Origin: Escherichia phage vB_Eco_F31
Reading direction: 5' to 3' (one strand)
Length of the DNA: 64,000 bases
Sequence record: OP870147.1
The position numbers were made by a program, and so were the translations under genes. Shown piece by piece: positions 1 through 13,309 of this stretch; the stretch's first letter is position 1; each line of letters begins with the position of its first letter. The notes beneath the pieces were generated by a model. The model did not search any database and was not told where the DNA came from. It saw only the letters and a program-made list of their open reading frames with translations.

Positions 1-1
1 G

Positions 2-331
2 CTGAGTAATGACATTCAGAACATTCAAACTGATGTTGGGACTAATTCCACAGGAATTAAGGGTTCTGTAAACACATTAAATACTCTTATAAATGGCACC
101 AACCCAAATGGTTCGACTGTTGAAGAACGCGGTATATTGCCTACAGTTAAAAGTCATGATACGACAATTAATGGTTTAACTTCTAGAATTGCTACTCTTG
201 AAACTGATTTGGCCGCTGCAGAAGCTGAAATCCAAACTCTTAAGGACGCTGGATATATTGAAGATGCTCCTTCAGACGGTAAATTCTATGTTCGCAAAGA
301 TGGTGCATGGGTTGAACTTCCTACAGCTTAA
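2..331 (+). CDS. wac: fibritin (whisker/neck fibre), C-terminal part; 5' end outside window
   Basis: Frame open from window edge to stop at 329-331; coiled-coil-like sequence ending in foldon-like motif GYIEDAPSDGKFYVRKDGAWVEL (cf. T4 fibritin foldon); lies just upstream of gene 13 as in T4. Confidence 0.8.
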   Translation: MSNDIQNIQTDVGTNSTGIKGSVNTLNTLINGTNPNGSTVEERGILPTVKSHDTTINGLTSRIATLETDLAAAEAEIQTLKDAGYIEDAPSDGKFYVRKDGAWVELPTA

Positions 332-337
332 TGAAAA

Positions 338-351
338 GGGCCTTCGGGCCC
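338..351 (+). terminator. GC hairpin GGGCC-UUCG-GGCCC after wac (terminator or RNA-stability stem-loop; no U-tract)
   Basis: Perfect 5-bp stem with UUCG tetraloop 7 nt after wac stop. Confidence 0.35.
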
Positions 352-363
352 TAAAGGATTTAT

Positions 364-1290
364 ATGTCAGGTTATAATGCACAAAACCCTAAAGAATTAA
401 AGGATGTAATATTACGTCGTTTAGGCGCTCCTATTGTAAATGTTGAATTAACTACAGACCAAATTTATGATTGTATTTCACGAGCGTTAGAACTTTATGG
501 CGAATACCATTTCGACGGGTTGAATAAAGGTTTCCATGTATTTTTTGTTGATGACGAAGAAAAATATCGTCACGGCGTATTTGATATGCGTGGTTCTAAC
601 GTATTTGCTGTAACAAGAATTATAAGAACAAATGTTGGCTCTATTACTTCAATGGATGGTAATGCAACTTATCCATGGTTCACTGATTTCCTTTTAGGAA
701 TGGCAGGTGTTTCAGGTGGTATGGGTAGTAATTGTGGTAAATTCTACGGTCCGAACGCTTTTGGCGCTGACCTCGGGTATTATTCTCAATTAGTATCTTA
801 TATGGGTATGCTTCAAGATATGATTGCTCCTCTTCCGGATTTTTGGTTTAATTCTGCAAACGAGCAATTAAAAGTAATGGGTAACTTTAGACAGAAAGAT
901 GTCATTATCGTTGAATCGTACGTTCGCTCTTATATCGAGACCCATAAGATGGTAGGAAATACAGTAGGGTACGGTCAGGTTGGTCCTCGTGATTCATGGT
1001 CTATTTCTGAACGTTATGATAATCCAGACCATAATTTGGTCGGACGACGAGTTGGTGAAGATCCTGCAACTAAACAAGGCGCATATAACAACCGCTGGGT
1101 TAAAGATTACGCAACTGCATTAGCTAAAGAGCTTAATGGACAAATTCTTGCTAAACATCAAGGTATGATGTTACCGGGTGGCGTCACTGTTGATGGTGTT
1201 CGATTAATTGAAGAAGCTCGTTTAGAGAAAGAAGCTTTACGAGAAGAGTTATATTTACTAGACCCTCCTGCAGGTATTTTGGTAGGTTAA
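364..1290 (+). CDS. 13: neck protein gp13
   Basis: 308 aa ORF, ATG at 364 preceded by AGGA; position between wac and 14 and size match T4 gene 13. Confidence 0.8.
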   Translation: MSGYNAQNPKELKDVILRRLGAPIVNVELTTDQIYDCISRALELYGEYHFDGLNKGFHVFFVDDEEKYRHGVFDMRGSNVFAVTRIIRTNVGSITSMDGNATYPWFTDFLLGMAGVSGGMGSNCGKFYGPNAFGADLGYYSQLVSYMGMLQDMIAPLPDFWFNSANEQLKVMGNFRQKDVIIVESYVRSYIETHKMVGNTVGYGQVGPRDSWSISERYDNPDHNLVGRRVGEDPATKQGAYNNRWVKDYATALAKELNGQILAKHQGMMLPGGVTVDGVRLIEEARLEKEALREELYLLDPPAGILVG

Positions 1291-1291
1291 T

Positions 1292-2056
1292 ATGGCAACT
1301 TATGATAAAAATCTTTTCGCCAAGCTAGAAAATCGTGGTGGGTATTCTCAGACAAATGAGACTGAAATCCTCAATCCATTTGTCAATTTTAATAATTATG
1401 AGAATAGTCAGACATTAGCCGATGTTCTAGTGGCAGAAAGCATACAGATGCGCGGTATTGAATGTTTTTATGTTCCACGTGAATATGTTGCCGTGGACCT
1501 TATCTTTGGTGAGGACCTTAAAAATAAATTTACTAAAGCATGGAAATTTGCTGCATATCTGAACTCTTTTGAAGGTTATGAAGGAGCGAAATCGTTCTTC
1601 AGCAACTTCGGAATGCAAGTTCAAGACGAAGTTACATTATCTATTAACCCAGGTCTTTTCAAACACCAGGTCAACAATCAGGAGCCTAAGGAAGGTGATT
1701 TAATATACTTCCCAATGGACAACAGTTTGTTTGAGATTAACTGGGTTGAACCATATGACCCATTCTATCAAGTAGGTAAAAATGCGATTCGTAAAATTAC
1801 TGCAGGCAAGTTTATTTACTCTGGCGAAGAAATCAATCCGGTGCTTCAGAAAAATGAAGGTATCAATATACCTGAATTTAGTGACTTGGAACTTAACCCT
1901 GTTAGAAATCTTGACGGTATCCATGACATTAATATCGATGAATATTCTGAAGTTGAGCAAATCAATTCAGAGGCAAGTGAATACGTTGAACCGTACGTAG
2001 TAGTTAACAACCGTGGTAGACAAAATTCACCATTTGACGATGGGTTTATGAATTAA
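1292..2056 (+). CDS. 14: neck protein gp14
   Basis: 254 aa ORF starting 2 nt after gene 13 stop; synteny and size match T4 gene 14. Confidence 0.8.
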   Translation: MATYDKNLFAKLENRGGYSQTNETEILNPFVNFNNYENSQTLADVLVAESIQMRGIECFYVPREYVAVDLIFGEDLKNKFTKAWKFAAYLNSFEGYEGAKSFFSNFGMQVQDEVTLSINPGLFKHQVNNQEPKEGDLIYFPMDNSLFEINWVEPYDPFYQVGKNAIRKITAGKFIYSGEEINPVLQKNEGINIPEFSDLELNPVRNLDGIHDINIDEYSEVEQINSEASEYVEPYVVVNNRGRQNSPFDDGFMN

Positions 2057-2105
2057 TAAATAGATAAGATAAAGCAAACACCGGTCGAAAGGCCGGTTAG
2101 GAGAA

Positions 2106-2930
2106 ATGATGTTTGGCTATTTTTACAACTCGTCGTTCAGGCGATATATCACAATGATGGGCGATTTGTTTTCAAATATCCAAGTTAACCGTCAATTGTC
2201 TACAGGCAATAAATTAATTAGAGTTCCTATTACGTATGCATCTAAAGAGCACTTTATGATGAAACTTAATAAATGGACCTCTATAAACTCACAAGAAGAT
2301 GTGGCTAAAGTCGAAACTATTCTACCACGTATAAATCTCCAAATGGTAGATTTCGTTTATAACCCAACGTTTAAAACTAATATATTGAATAACTCTCTTT
2401 TGAGTAAATCGACTAAGGATATTGTAGACCAATACAACCCATCACCAATTAAAATGATTTTTGAACTGAGCATCTTTACTCGTTATGAAGATGATATGTT
2501 CCAAATCGTTGAGCAAATTATTCCATATTTTCAGCCGCATTTTAATACGACTATGATTGAGCAATATGGGCAGGATATTCCATTTGAAAGGGATATTAAA
2601 GTCGTATGGATGGCAGCAGCAATGGATGAACAAATAGACGGTGATAATTTATCTCGTCGACGTTTAGAGTGGTCATTAACATTTGAAGTAAATGGATGGA
2701 TGTATCCTCCGGTAGGCGCAGCTGAAGGCCTTATTAAAACGACTTATCTTGATTTTCATGCTAATGAACGAGACCTTCAAACAGCCGCCAGCGTTTTTGA
2801 ATCAGTTGATACAGAAATTAAACCGAGAGACGTTGAAGCACAAGATTGGAATGGTGAAGTTGAACAAACTTATACTCATGATATTCCAATCCCGACTCCA
2901 CCAACCCCTCCTGGTCCTAGAAAACAATAA
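2106..2930 (+). CDS. 15: tail sheath stabiliser / tail terminator gp15
   Basis: 274 aa ORF; synteny (14-15-16) and size match T4 gene 15. Confidence 0.8.
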   Translation: MMFGYFYNSSFRRYITMMGDLFSNIQVNRQLSTGNKLIRVPITYASKEHFMMKLNKWTSINSQEDVAKVETILPRINLQMVDFVYNPTFKTNILNNSLLSKSTKDIVDQYNPSPIKMIFELSIFTRYEDDMFQIVEQIIPYFQPHFNTTMIEQYGQDIPFERDIKVVWMAAAMDEQIDGDNLSRRRLEWSLTFEVNGWMYPPVGAAEGLIKTTYLDFHANERDLQTAASVFESVDTEIKPRDVEAQDWNGEVEQTYTHDIPIPTPPTPPGPRKQ

Positions 2931-2939
2931 GAGGTAAAT

Positions 2940-5256
<2,317 letters not shown>

Positions 5257-5283
5257 AAATAAAGCAAATTAAGAGGAATTAAA

Positions 5284-7263
5284 ATGGCACTTCTCTCTCC
5301 GGGCGTTGAGCTCAAAGAAACTACCGTACAGAGTACTGTAGTTAATAACTCCACTGGTACTGCTGCCCTGGCTGGAAAATTCCAATGGGGACCTGCATTC
5401 CAGATTAAACAAATCACTGATGAAGTTGCATTAGTTGATATGTTTGGTACTCCTAATACGGATACAGCAGATTATTTCATGTCTGCTATGAACTTCCTTC
5501 AATATGGTAATGACCTTCGTGTTGTACGCGCAGTTGATCGTGATACTGCTAAGAACTCATCTCCTGTAGCAGGCAATATTGAATTCACAATCTCTGCTGC
5601 TGGTAGTAACTATGCGGTTGGTGATAAAATTATCGTTAAGTATTTGACCGAAACTGTTGAAGCAGATGGTTATGTCACTTCAGTTGATGTCGATGGTAAA
5701 ATTCGTAACATTTATATCCCAACCGGTAAAATTATTGCTCGTGCAAAAGAAATTAATGAATATCCGGCATTGGGTTCTAACTGGACCGCCGAAGTTGCCA
5801 GTTCTTCTGGACTTTCTGGCGTTATTACAATTGGTTCTATCGTAACCGATTCGGGTATTCTGTTAACTGAAGTTGAAACTTCTGAAGAAGCTATTACTTC
5901 TCTAACTTTCCAAGAATCTATTAAAAAATATGGTGTCCCAGGCGTAGTTGCTCTTTATCCTGGTGAACTTGGCGACCAGCTCGAAATTGAAATCGTATCT
6001 AAAGCAGACTATGACAAAGGTGCTTCAGCCCAGTTAAAAATTTATCCTGATGGTGGTACTCGTGCATCTACTGCTAAAGCAATCTTTGGGTATGGTCCAC
6101 AAACTGATGACCAATATGCAATTATCGTTCGTCGTAACGATGCTGTAGTCCAGAGTGTAGTTCTTTCTACTAAACGTGGTGAACGCGATATTTATGGTAG
6201 TAATATCTTTATTGATGATTTCTTTGCTAAAGGCGCAAGCAATTATATTTTCGCTACTGCACAAGGTTGGCCAAAAGGTTTCTCTGGCGTAATCAAACTG
6301 GGTGGTGGCTTATCATCTAATGAAACGGTTGACGCTGGTGATTTAATGGAAGCTTGGGATTTGTTTGCTGACCGCGAATCTGTTAATGCGCAGTTGTTTA
6401 TTGCCGGTTCTTGTGCAGGTGAATCTTTAGAAGTTGCTTCTACAGTTCAGAAACATGTTGTAGCAATTGGTGATTCTCGTCAAGATTGCTTGGTTCTTTG
6501 CTCACCGCCACGTGCAACTATAGTCGGTATTCCTGTTAATCGTGCAGTTGATAATCTGGTTGATTGGCGTACTGCATCAGGAACTTACACTGATAATAAC
6601 TTTAATGTAAGTTCTACTTACGCGGCTATTGACGGTAACTATAAATATCAATATGACAAATATAATGATGTGAATCGTTGGGTTCCATTAGCTGCTGATA
6701 TTGCTGGACTTTGTGCTCGTACAGACAATATTTCTCAGCCTTGGATGTCTCCTGCCGGTTATAACCGTGGACAAATTCTTAACGTTATTAAGCTTGCAAT
6801 TGAAACTCGCCAAGCGCAGCGTGATCGTTTGTATCAGGAAGCTATTAACCCTGTCACTGGTACCGGTGGTGATGGGTATGTTCTGTACGGTGATAAAACT
6901 GCCACTTCTGTTCCTTCACCATTTGACCGTATTAACGTTCGTCGTTTGTTCAATATGGTTAAAACGAACATTGGTTCAGCATCTAAATATCGCCTGTTTG
7001 AATTGAACAACGCATTTACCCGTTCTTCTTTCCGTACAGAGACTTCTCAATATCTACAGGGTATTAAAGCTCTTGGTGGTGTATATAACTTTAAAGTTGT
7101 TTGTGATACTACCAATAACACCCCAGCAGTTATCGACCGTAATGAATTTGTAGCTACTTTCTACTTACAACCTGCCCGCTCGATAAATTATATTACATTG
7201 AACTTTGTAGCAACAGCAACTGGTGCCGATTTCGACGAACTAATTGGTGCTGTAGGTGGTTAA
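5284..7263 (+). CDS. 18: tail sheath protein gp18
   Basis: 659 aa, same length as T4 gp18; follows gene 17, precedes gene 19. Confidence 0.95.
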   Translation: MALLSPGVELKETTVQSTVVNNSTGTAALAGKFQWGPAFQIKQITDEVALVDMFGTPNTDTADYFMSAMNFLQYGNDLRVVRAVDRDTAKNSSPVAGNIEFTISAAGSNYAVGDKIIVKYLTETVEADGYVTSVDVDGKIRNIYIPTGKIIARAKEINEYPALGSNWTAEVASSSGLSGVITIGSIVTDSGILLTEVETSEEAITSLTFQESIKKYGVPGVVALYPGELGDQLEIEIVSKADYDKGASAQLKIYPDGGTRASTAKAIFGYGPQTDDQYAIIVRRNDAVVQSVVLSTKRGERDIYGSNIFIDDFFAKGASNYIFATAQGWPKGFSGVIKLGGGLSSNETVDAGDLMEAWDLFADRESVNAQLFIAGSCAGESLEVASTVQKHVVAIGDSRQDCLVLCSPPRATIVGIPVNRAVDNLVDWRTASGTYTDNNFNVSSTYAAIDGNYKYQYDKYNDVNRWVPLAADIAGLCARTDNISQPWMSPAGYNRGQILNVIKLAIETRQAQRDRLYQEAINPVTGTGGDGYVLYGDKTATSVPSPFDRINVRRLFNMVKTNIGSASKYRLFELNNAFTRSSFRTETSQYLQGIKALGGVYNFKVVCDTTNNTPAVIDRNEFVATFYLQPARSINYITLNFVATATGADFDELIGAVGG

Positions 7264-7275
7264 TAAGACGCCTGA

Positions 7276-7295
7276 TGGGCTATTTCGGTAGCCCA
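7276..7295 (+). terminator. hairpin TGGGCTA-uuucgg-TAGCCCA after gene 18
   Basis: 7-bp perfect stem 13 nt after gene 18 stop; abuts late promoter motif. Confidence 0.4.
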
Positions 7296-7303
7296 TATAA
7301 ATA
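7296..7303 (+). promoter_or_regulatory. T4-type late promoter (TATAAATA) upstream of gene 19
   Basis: Exact TATAAATA right after post-gene-18 hairpin, 73 nt upstream of gene 19 ATG. Confidence 0.4.
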
Positions 7304-7375
7304 TACTATATCGTTTAAAAATTAATTCTATGGGCATCCGGTTAATCCTAGGCCCATATTACTACAGAGGCTAAT

Positions 7376-7867
7376 ATGTTTGTAGATGACGTAACTCGTG
7401 CCTTCGAATCTGGTGATTTCGCTCGCCCTAACCTGTTCGAAGTAGAAATCTCTTATCTTGGGCAAAACTTTAGCTTCCAGTGTCGTGCTACGGCTCTTCC
7501 TGCTGCGATCGTTGAAAAGGTTCCTGTTTCTTATATGAACCGTAAAATTAACGTGGCTGGTGATCGTACATTCGATGATTGGACTATTACAGTAATGAAC
7601 GATGATGCTCATAGCATTCGTCAGAAATTTGTTGATTGGCAAGGTATTGCAGCAGGACAAGGTAATGAAATTACCGGTGGTAAACCTGCTGAATATAAAA
7701 AGTCTGCTATCGTTCGTCAATTTGCTCGTGATGCTAAAACGATCACTAAAGAAGTTGAAATTGTCGGCTTGTGGCCTACTAACGTTGGCGAAGTATCTCT
7801 TGACTGGGACAGCAATAACGAGATTGAAACGTTCGAAGTAACTCTTGCTCTTGATTGGTGGGAATAA
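7376..7867 (+). CDS. 19: tail tube protein gp19
   Basis: 163 aa, same length as T4 gp19; AGAGG RBS before ATG at 7376. Confidence 0.9.
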   Translation: MFVDDVTRAFESGDFARPNLFEVEISYLGQNFSFQCRATALPAAIVEKVPVSYMNRKINVAGDRTFDDWTITVMNDDAHSIRQKFVDWQGIAAGQGNEITGGKPAEYKKSAIVRQFARDAKTITKEVEIVGLWPTNVGEVSLDWDSNNEIETFEVTLALDWWE

Positions 7868-7870
7868 TCT

Positions 7871-7892
7871 GGTTGGGGAGAAATCCCCAACC
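7871..7892 (+). terminator. hairpin GGTTGGGGA-GAAA-TCCCCAACC after gene 19
   Basis: 9-bp perfect stem with GNRA tetraloop 4 nt after gene 19 stop. Confidence 0.45.
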
Positions 7893-7915
7893 TCCCGTGA
7901 TGACGGAGAAGTCCA

Positions 7916-7923
7916 TATAAATA
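7916..7923 (+). promoter_or_regulatory. T4-type late promoter (TATAAATA) for gene 20
   Basis: Exact TATAAATA 29 nt upstream of gene 20 ATG. Confidence 0.5.
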
Positions 7924-7951
7924 TAACTATAATTCCCATTCGGAGAATACA

Positions 7952-9523
7952 ATGAAATTTAATATCTTAAGTTTGTTTGCTCCATGGGCAAAAATGGACG
8001 AACGTGATTACAAAGACCAAGAAAAAGAAAATTTAGAATCTATCACCACACCAAAATTAGACGATGGTGCTAAAGAATACGAAGTATCTGAAAATGAAGC
8101 ACAGCAAACATATAATGCTATGTTTCAGAGAATGTTCGGTAGTCAAGAACCAGGGCTCAAATCAACCCGTGAATTAATCGATACGTATCGAAATTTGATG
8201 ACGAACTATGAAGTGGATAATGCAGTCTCTGAAATAGTTTCTGATGCTATCGTATATGAAGATGATACAGAAGTCGTTTCTATAAATTTAGACAACACAA
8301 AATTTAGTCCAAATATAAAATCAATGATGTTGGATGAATTTAACGAAGTGTTGAATCATTTATCTTTCCAACGTAAAGGTTCAGACCATTTTAGACGTTG
8401 GTATGTAGATTCTCGAATTTTCTTCCATAAAATTATTGACCCTAAACGCCCTAAAGAAGGTATTAAAGAGCTTCGTCGTTTAGACCCACGTCAAGTTCAA
8501 TATGTCCGTGAAGTTATTACAACCACTGAAGCCGGTGTTAAAATAGTCAAGGGTTATAAAGAATATTTCATTTATGACACATCACACGAATCTTATGCTT
8601 GTGATGGCCGCATATATGAAGCTGGCACAAAAATAAAAATCCCTAAAGCCGCGATTGTTTATGCCCATTCTGGTTTAGTTGATTGTTGTGGTAAAAATAT
8701 CATCGGTTATTTGCATCGGGCTATTAAGCCAGCGAACCAATTAAAACTTCTTGAAGATGCCGTCGTAATTTATCGCATTACTCGTGCTCCCGATCGTCGT
8801 GTATGGTACGTTGATACAGGTAATATGCCTTCAAGAAAAGCAGCAGAACATATGCAGCATGTTATGAATACGATGAAAAACCGTATTGCATATGATGCTA
8901 CTACAGGCAAGATTAAAAACCAGCAGCATATTATGTCGATGACCGAAGATTATTGGTTACAACGACGTGATGGTAAAGCAGTAACAGAAGTTGACACATT
9001 ACCAGGTGCAGATAATACTGGAAATATGGAAGATGTACGTTGGTTCCGTAATGCGCTTTATATGGCTTTACGTATTCCTATTACCCGTATTCCAAGTGAC
9101 CAAGGTGGTATACAGTTTGATGCTGGTACTTCTATTACACGAGATGAATTGTCGTTTGGTAAATTTATTCGTGAGCTGCAACATAAATTTGAAGAGATAT
9201 TCCTAGACCCGCTTAAAACTAATTTAATTCTTAAAGGAATTATTACAGAAGATGAGTGGAATGATGAAATAAATAATATTAAGATAAAATTTCATCGGGA
9301 TAGTTATTTCTCGGAATTAAAGGATGCTGAGATTCTGGAGCGTCGCATTAATATGCTTCAGATGGCCGAACCATTTATTGGTAAATATATTTCTCACAGA
9401 ACAGCTATGAAAGATATTCTTCAGATGTCTGATGAGGAAATTGAACAAGAGGCTAAGCAAATTGAAGAAGAGTCGAAAGAGGCTCGTTTCCAAGACCCCG
9501 ACCAAGAACAAGAGGATTTTTAA
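7952..9523 (+). CDS. 20: portal vertex protein gp20
   Basis: 523 aa; synteny 19-20-67-68-21 and size match T4 gp20. Confidence 0.9.
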   Translation: MKFNILSLFAPWAKMDERDYKDQEKENLESITTPKLDDGAKEYEVSENEAQQTYNAMFQRMFGSQEPGLKSTRELIDTYRNLMTNYEVDNAVSEIVSDAIVYEDDTEVVSINLDNTKFSPNIKSMMLDEFNEVLNHLSFQRKGSDHFRRWYVDSRIFFHKIIDPKRPKEGIKELRRLDPRQVQYVREVITTTEAGVKIVKGYKEYFIYDTSHESYACDGRIYEAGTKIKIPKAAIVYAHSGLVDCCGKNIIGYLHRAIKPANQLKLLEDAVVIYRITRAPDRRVWYVDTGNMPSRKAAEHMQHVMNTMKNRIAYDATTGKIKNQQHIMSMTEDYWLQRRDGKAVTEVDTLPGADNTGNMEDVRWFRNALYMALRIPITRIPSDQGGIQFDAGTSITRDELSFGKFIRELQHKFEEIFLDPLKTNLILKGIITEDEWNDEINNIKIKFHRDSYFSELKDAEILERRINMLQMAEPFIGKYISHRTAMKDILQMSDEEIEQEAKQIEEESKEARFQDPDQEQEDF

Positions 9524-9759
9524 TGGACGATTTAATTCAAGCTATTAAATCAAACGACCTCGTTGCTACTCGAAAGTTTTTTGAAAGTGCAATGGCAGAA
9601 AAAGCGGTTCGTTTGATTGAAGCACGCAAAGCAGAAATCGCTTCTCAATTTTTGATTGAAGGCGAAGAACCTGAAGAAGAAAAGAAAGCTAAAGCTTCGG
9701 AAGACGACGCTGATGAAGGCGATGACGACGAAGACGAAGATGATGAGGACGATGAATAA
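9523..9759 (+). CDS. 67: prohead core protein gp67
   Basis: 78 aa with strongly acidic D/E-rich C-terminus; position between 20 and 68 as in T4. Confidence 0.7.
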   Translation: MDDLIQAIKSNDLVATRKFFESAMAEKAVRLIEARKAEIASQFLIEGEEPEEEKKAKASEDDADEGDDDEDEDDEDDE

Positions 9760-10184
9760 TGTATCTTATCCCTGAATCTTATGAATTGGTACTCGAAAAT
9801 GTCGAAGCACTTATTCCTGAAGCACAGGGCCGAATCGATGCATTGTCTTCTGCTCTCGATATTGACGATATAAATACTATTATCGAGAACATGCTTGAAA
9901 CTGAAACGGATTTAGCTGTTGCAATGGCTTCCATTATTAATGAAGAACAGTTAAATGAGTTTATCGTTAAACATGTTTCTTCTCGTGGTGAAGTCACCCG
10001 CACTAAAGACCGTAAAACTCGTGAACGTAACGCGTTCCAAACCACTGGTCTTTCTAAAGCAAAACGTAGACAAATCGCTCGTAAGGTCGTTAAAGCTAAA
10101 AAAGCTAACCCTTCAGGCCAAGTTAAAGGCTTGCGTAAGCGTAAAAAAGCTCTTAAACGTCGTAAAGCATTAGGATTAAGCTAA
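9759..10184 (+). CDS. 68: prohead core protein gp68
   Basis: 141 aa, basic C-terminus; position between 67 and 21 as in T4. Confidence 0.7.
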   Translation: MYLIPESYELVLENVEALIPEAQGRIDALSSALDIDDINTIIENMLETETDLAVAMASIINEEQLNEFIVKHVSSRGEVTRTKDRKTRERNAFQTTGLSKAKRRQIARKVVKAKKANPSGQVKGLRKRKKALKRRKALGLS

Positions 10185-10825
10185 TGAATAAACCCGAGTT
10201 ACTTATTGAAACTTGGGGTCAACCCGGTGAGATTATTGATGGCGTTCCAATGTTGGAATCTCATGATGGAAAAGATTCTGGCTTAAAACCAGGGCTTTAT
10301 ATAGAAGGTATTTTTCTTCAGGCAGAGGTTGTTAACCGAAATAAACGTTTATATCCTAAACGCGTTTTGGAAAAAGCAGTAAGTGACTATATTAAAGAAC
10401 AAGTCGCAACCAAACAAGCCCTTGGAGAATTAAACCATCCACCTCGTGCAAATGTTGACCCTATGCAAGCCGCTATCATTATTGAAGATATGTGGTGGAA
10501 AGGAAACGATGTATATGGACGTGCTAGAATTATTGAAGGCGACCATGGTCCCGGCGATAAATTAGCTGCTAATATACGAGCTGGTTGGATTCCAGGTGTT
10601 TCCTCTCGTGGTCTTGGTTCTTTAACCGACACCAATAAAGGGTACCGTATCGTGAACGAAGGATTTAAATTAACCGTCGGCGTAGATGCCGTATGGGGAC
10701 CTTCTGCTCCAGATGCTTGGGTTACTCCTAAACAAATATCAGAATCAGAAAATTCGGTGGAAACCACCAAAAACAGTGCTGATGAAGCATTTAAAGCTCT
10801 CGCAGAGAGTTTAAAAGCATTATAA
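10184..10825 (+). CDS. 21: prohead core scaffold protease gp21
   Basis: 213 aa; synteny and size match T4 gp21. Confidence 0.85.
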   Translation: MNKPELLIETWGQPGEIIDGVPMLESHDGKDSGLKPGLYIEGIFLQAEVVNRNKRLYPKRVLEKAVSDYIKEQVATKQALGELNHPPRANVDPMQAAIIIEDMWWKGNDVYGRARIIEGDHGPGDKLAANIRAGWIPGVSSRGLGSLTDTNKGYRIVNEGFKLTVGVDAVWGPSAPDAWVTPKQISESENSVETTKNSADEAFKALAESLKAL

Positions 10826-10828
10826 ATA
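10821..10828 (+). promoter_or_regulatory. T4-type late promoter (TATAAATA) for gene 22
   Basis: Exact TATAAATA 31 nt upstream of gene 22 ATG, overlapping gene 21 stop. Confidence 0.5.
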
Positions 10829-10858
10829 ATAATGTAATCTAAACCACAGGACACTAAA

Positions 10859-11671
10859 ATGATCAAAGAACAACTTTTGAAAGAAGCTCAGAACATCGAG
10901 ACTTCAGTTGCTCTTAATAGTGTTTTCGAATCAGTAGAACTGTCTCCGGACGTTAAAGCTAATTTCAGCACTGTATTCGAAGCCACCGTTAAGCAGGAAG
11001 CAGTCAAACTGGCTGAATCTCATATCAAAGCCATCGCCGAAAAGGCCGAAGAAGAAGTTGAAAAGGCCAAAGAAGATGCTGAAGAGAAAGCTGATAAAAA
11101 ATTGGCTGAACAAGCTTCTAAATTCCTAGACCATCTTGCAAAAGAATGGCTCGCAGAAAACCAAATCGCAGTTGATAAAGGCATTAAAGCTGATTTGTTC
11201 GAATCCATGCTTGGTGGTCTGAAAGAACTGTTTGTTGAACATAACGTTGTTGTTCCAGAAGAATCTGTAGATGTTGTAGCAGAAATGGAAGAAGAGCTGG
11301 CCGAACATAAAGAAGAAACCGCTCGTTTGTTCGAAGAAGTTACCAAACGTGATGCATATATCAATTACGTTCAGCGTGAAACCGCTATTAATGAAAGCGT
11401 AAAAGACCTGACTGAATCTCAGAAAGAAAAAGTTATTGGCCTGGTTGAAGGTATGGATTATTCTGACGCATTTGGTACTAAGTTAACTGCTATTGTAGAA
11501 ATGGTTAAAGGTTCTACTAAAGAAGAAGCCGCTATTACCGAAAGTATAAATACAGTTGACAATGACGCTGCCGGTCTTAATTTTGTTGCCGAAGCAGTTG
11601 ACACTACCACAACTCAGGTAGAACAGAATTCTAATGTAAGTTTATATGCGAAAGTCGCATCTCGTTTCTAA
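10859..11671 (+). CDS. 22: prohead scaffolding core protein gp22
   Basis: 270 aa, E/K-rich helical protein; directly upstream of major capsid gene as in T4. Confidence 0.85.
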   Translation: MIKEQLLKEAQNIETSVALNSVFESVELSPDVKANFSTVFEATVKQEAVKLAESHIKAIAEKAEEEVEKAKEDAEEKADKKLAEQASKFLDHLAKEWLAENQIAVDKGIKADLFESMLGGLKELFVEHNVVVPEESVDVVAEMEEELAEHKEETARLFEEVTKRDAYINYVQRETAINESVKDLTESQKEKVIGLVEGMDYSDAFGTKLTAIVEMVKGSTKEEAAITESINTVDNDAAGLNFVAEAVDTTTTQVEQNSNVSLYAKVASRF

Positions 11672-11688
11672 TTTAAAGGTTAACACAA

Positions 11689-13257
11689 ATGACTACTATC
11701 AAAACTAAAGCTCAGCTCGTAGACAAATGGAAAGAACTGCTGGAAGGTGAAGGCCTGCCGGAAATCGCTAATAGCAAGCAGGCTATTATCGCTAAAATCT
11801 TCGAAAACCAGGAAAAAGATTTCGAAGTATCCCCTGAATATAAAGACGAGAAAATCGCTCAGGCATTTGGTTCTTTCTTGACCGAAGCTGAAATTGGTGG
11901 TGACCATGGTTATAATGCTCAGAACATCGCAGCAGGTCAAACCTCTGGTGCAGTAACCCAAATTGGGCCGGCAGTTATGGGTATGGTTCGTCGTGCTATT
12001 CCTAATCTGATCGCTTTTGATATTTGTGGTGTTCAGCCTATGAACAGCCCTACCGGTCAGGTATTTGCTCTCCGTGCAGTATATGGTAAAGACCCTATCG
12101 CTGCTGGCGCTAAAGAAGCTTTCCATCCGATGTATGCCCCAGACGCGATGTTCTCTGGTCAGGGTGCTGCTAAGAAATTCCCAGCTCTGGCTGCTGACAC
12201 TACTACTGTTGTAGGTGATATCTATACTCACTTCTTCCAAGAAACTGGTACTGTATATCTGCAAGCTTCTGCTGTCGTAACACTTGATTCTAGTGCAACT
12301 GATGCAGCTAAATTAGATGCAGAAGTTAAGAAACAAATGGAAGCTGGTGCACTGGTAGAAATCGCTGAAGGTATGGCTACTTCTATCGCTGAACTCCAGG
12401 AAGGTTTCAACGGTTCTACCGATAACCCATGGAATGAAATGGGCTTCCGTATCGATAAACAAGTTATCGAAGCTAAATCTCGCCAGCTGAAAGCTGCTTA
12501 CTCTATCGAATTAGCACAAGACCTCCGTGCAGTACACGGTATGGATGCTGATGCTGAACTGAGCGGTATTCTGGCTACAGAAATTATGCTAGAAATCAAC
12601 CGTGAAGTTGTTGATTGGATTAACTACTCAGCACAGGTTGGTAAATCCGGTATGACCCTGACTCCGGGTTCTAAAGCTGGTGTATTTGACTTCCAGGACC
12701 CGATTGATATCCGTGGTGCTCGTTGGGCCGGTGAAAGCTTTAAATCTCTGTTGTTCCAGATTGATAAAGAAGCAGTTGAAATTGCTCGTCAAACCGGTCG
12801 TGGTGAAGGTAACTTCATTATCGCTTCCCGTAACGTAGTTAACGTACTGGCTTCAGTTGATACTGGTATTTCTTACGCTGCACAGGGTCTGGCTTCTGGT
12901 TTTAATACCGACACTACTAAGTCTGTATTTGCCGGTGTACTTGGTGGTAAATACCGCGTATACATCGACCAGTATGCTAAACAGGATTACTTCACCGTTG
13001 GTTACAAAGGCGCTAACGAAATGGATGCAGGTATTTACTATGCTCCTTACGTTGCACTTACCCCGCTGCGTGGTTCCGATCCTAAGAACTTCCAGCCGGT
13101 AATGGGCTTTAAAACTCGTTACGGTATCGGTGTTAACCCGTTTGCTGAAAGTTCCCTGCAGGCTCCAGGTGCTCGCATCCAGTCCGGTATGCCATCTATC
13201 CTGAACAGCCTTGGTAAGAACGCTTACTTCCGCCGTGTATATGTAAAAGGCATCTAA
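11689..13257 (+). CDS. 23: major capsid protein gp23
   Basis: 522 aa; sequence very close to T4 gp23 as recalled (MTTIKTK...EGEGLPEIANSKQAIIAKIFENQEKDF ... GKNAYFRRVYVKGI). Confidence 0.97.
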   Translation: MTTIKTKAQLVDKWKELLEGEGLPEIANSKQAIIAKIFENQEKDFEVSPEYKDEKIAQAFGSFLTEAEIGGDHGYNAQNIAAGQTSGAVTQIGPAVMGMVRRAIPNLIAFDICGVQPMNSPTGQVFALRAVYGKDPIAAGAKEAFHPMYAPDAMFSGQGAAKKFPALAADTTTVVGDIYTHFFQETGTVYLQASAVVTLDSSATDAAKLDAEVKKQMEAGALVEIAEGMATSIAELQEGFNGSTDNPWNEMGFRIDKQVIEAKSRQLKAAYSIELAQDLRAVHGMDADAELSGILATEIMLEINREVVDWINYSAQVGKSGMTLTPGSKAGVFDFQDPIDIRGARWAGESFKSLLFQIDKEAVEIARQTGRGEGNFIIASRNVVNVLASVDTGISYAAQGLASGFNTDTTKSVFAGVLGGKYRVYIDQYAKQDYFTVGYKGANEMDAGIYYAPYVALTPLRGSDPKNFQPVMGFKTRYGIGVNPFAESSLQAPGARIQSGMPSILNSLGKNAYFRRVYVKGI

Positions 13258-13281
13258 TCTTAATTGATTAAATCTTATTTT

Positions 13282-13305
13282 GGGAGACTTCGGTCTCCCA
13301 TTTTT
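13282..13305 (+). terminator. rho-independent terminator GGGAGAC-UUCG-GUCUCCC + U-tract after gene 23
   Basis: 7-bp GC-rich stem, UUCG loop, followed by ATTTTT. Confidence 0.6.
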
Positions 13306-13309
13306 GGTT

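Noticed and set aside
11020-11364. Antisense ORFs inside large genes (e.g. 114-aa minus-strand ORF within gene 22; also 9779-10045, 29581-29823, 44276-44800, 54379-54753)
   Set aside because: Embedded opposite confidently assigned genes, with low-complexity or Ser/Cys-rich composition typical of antisense frames and no RBS.
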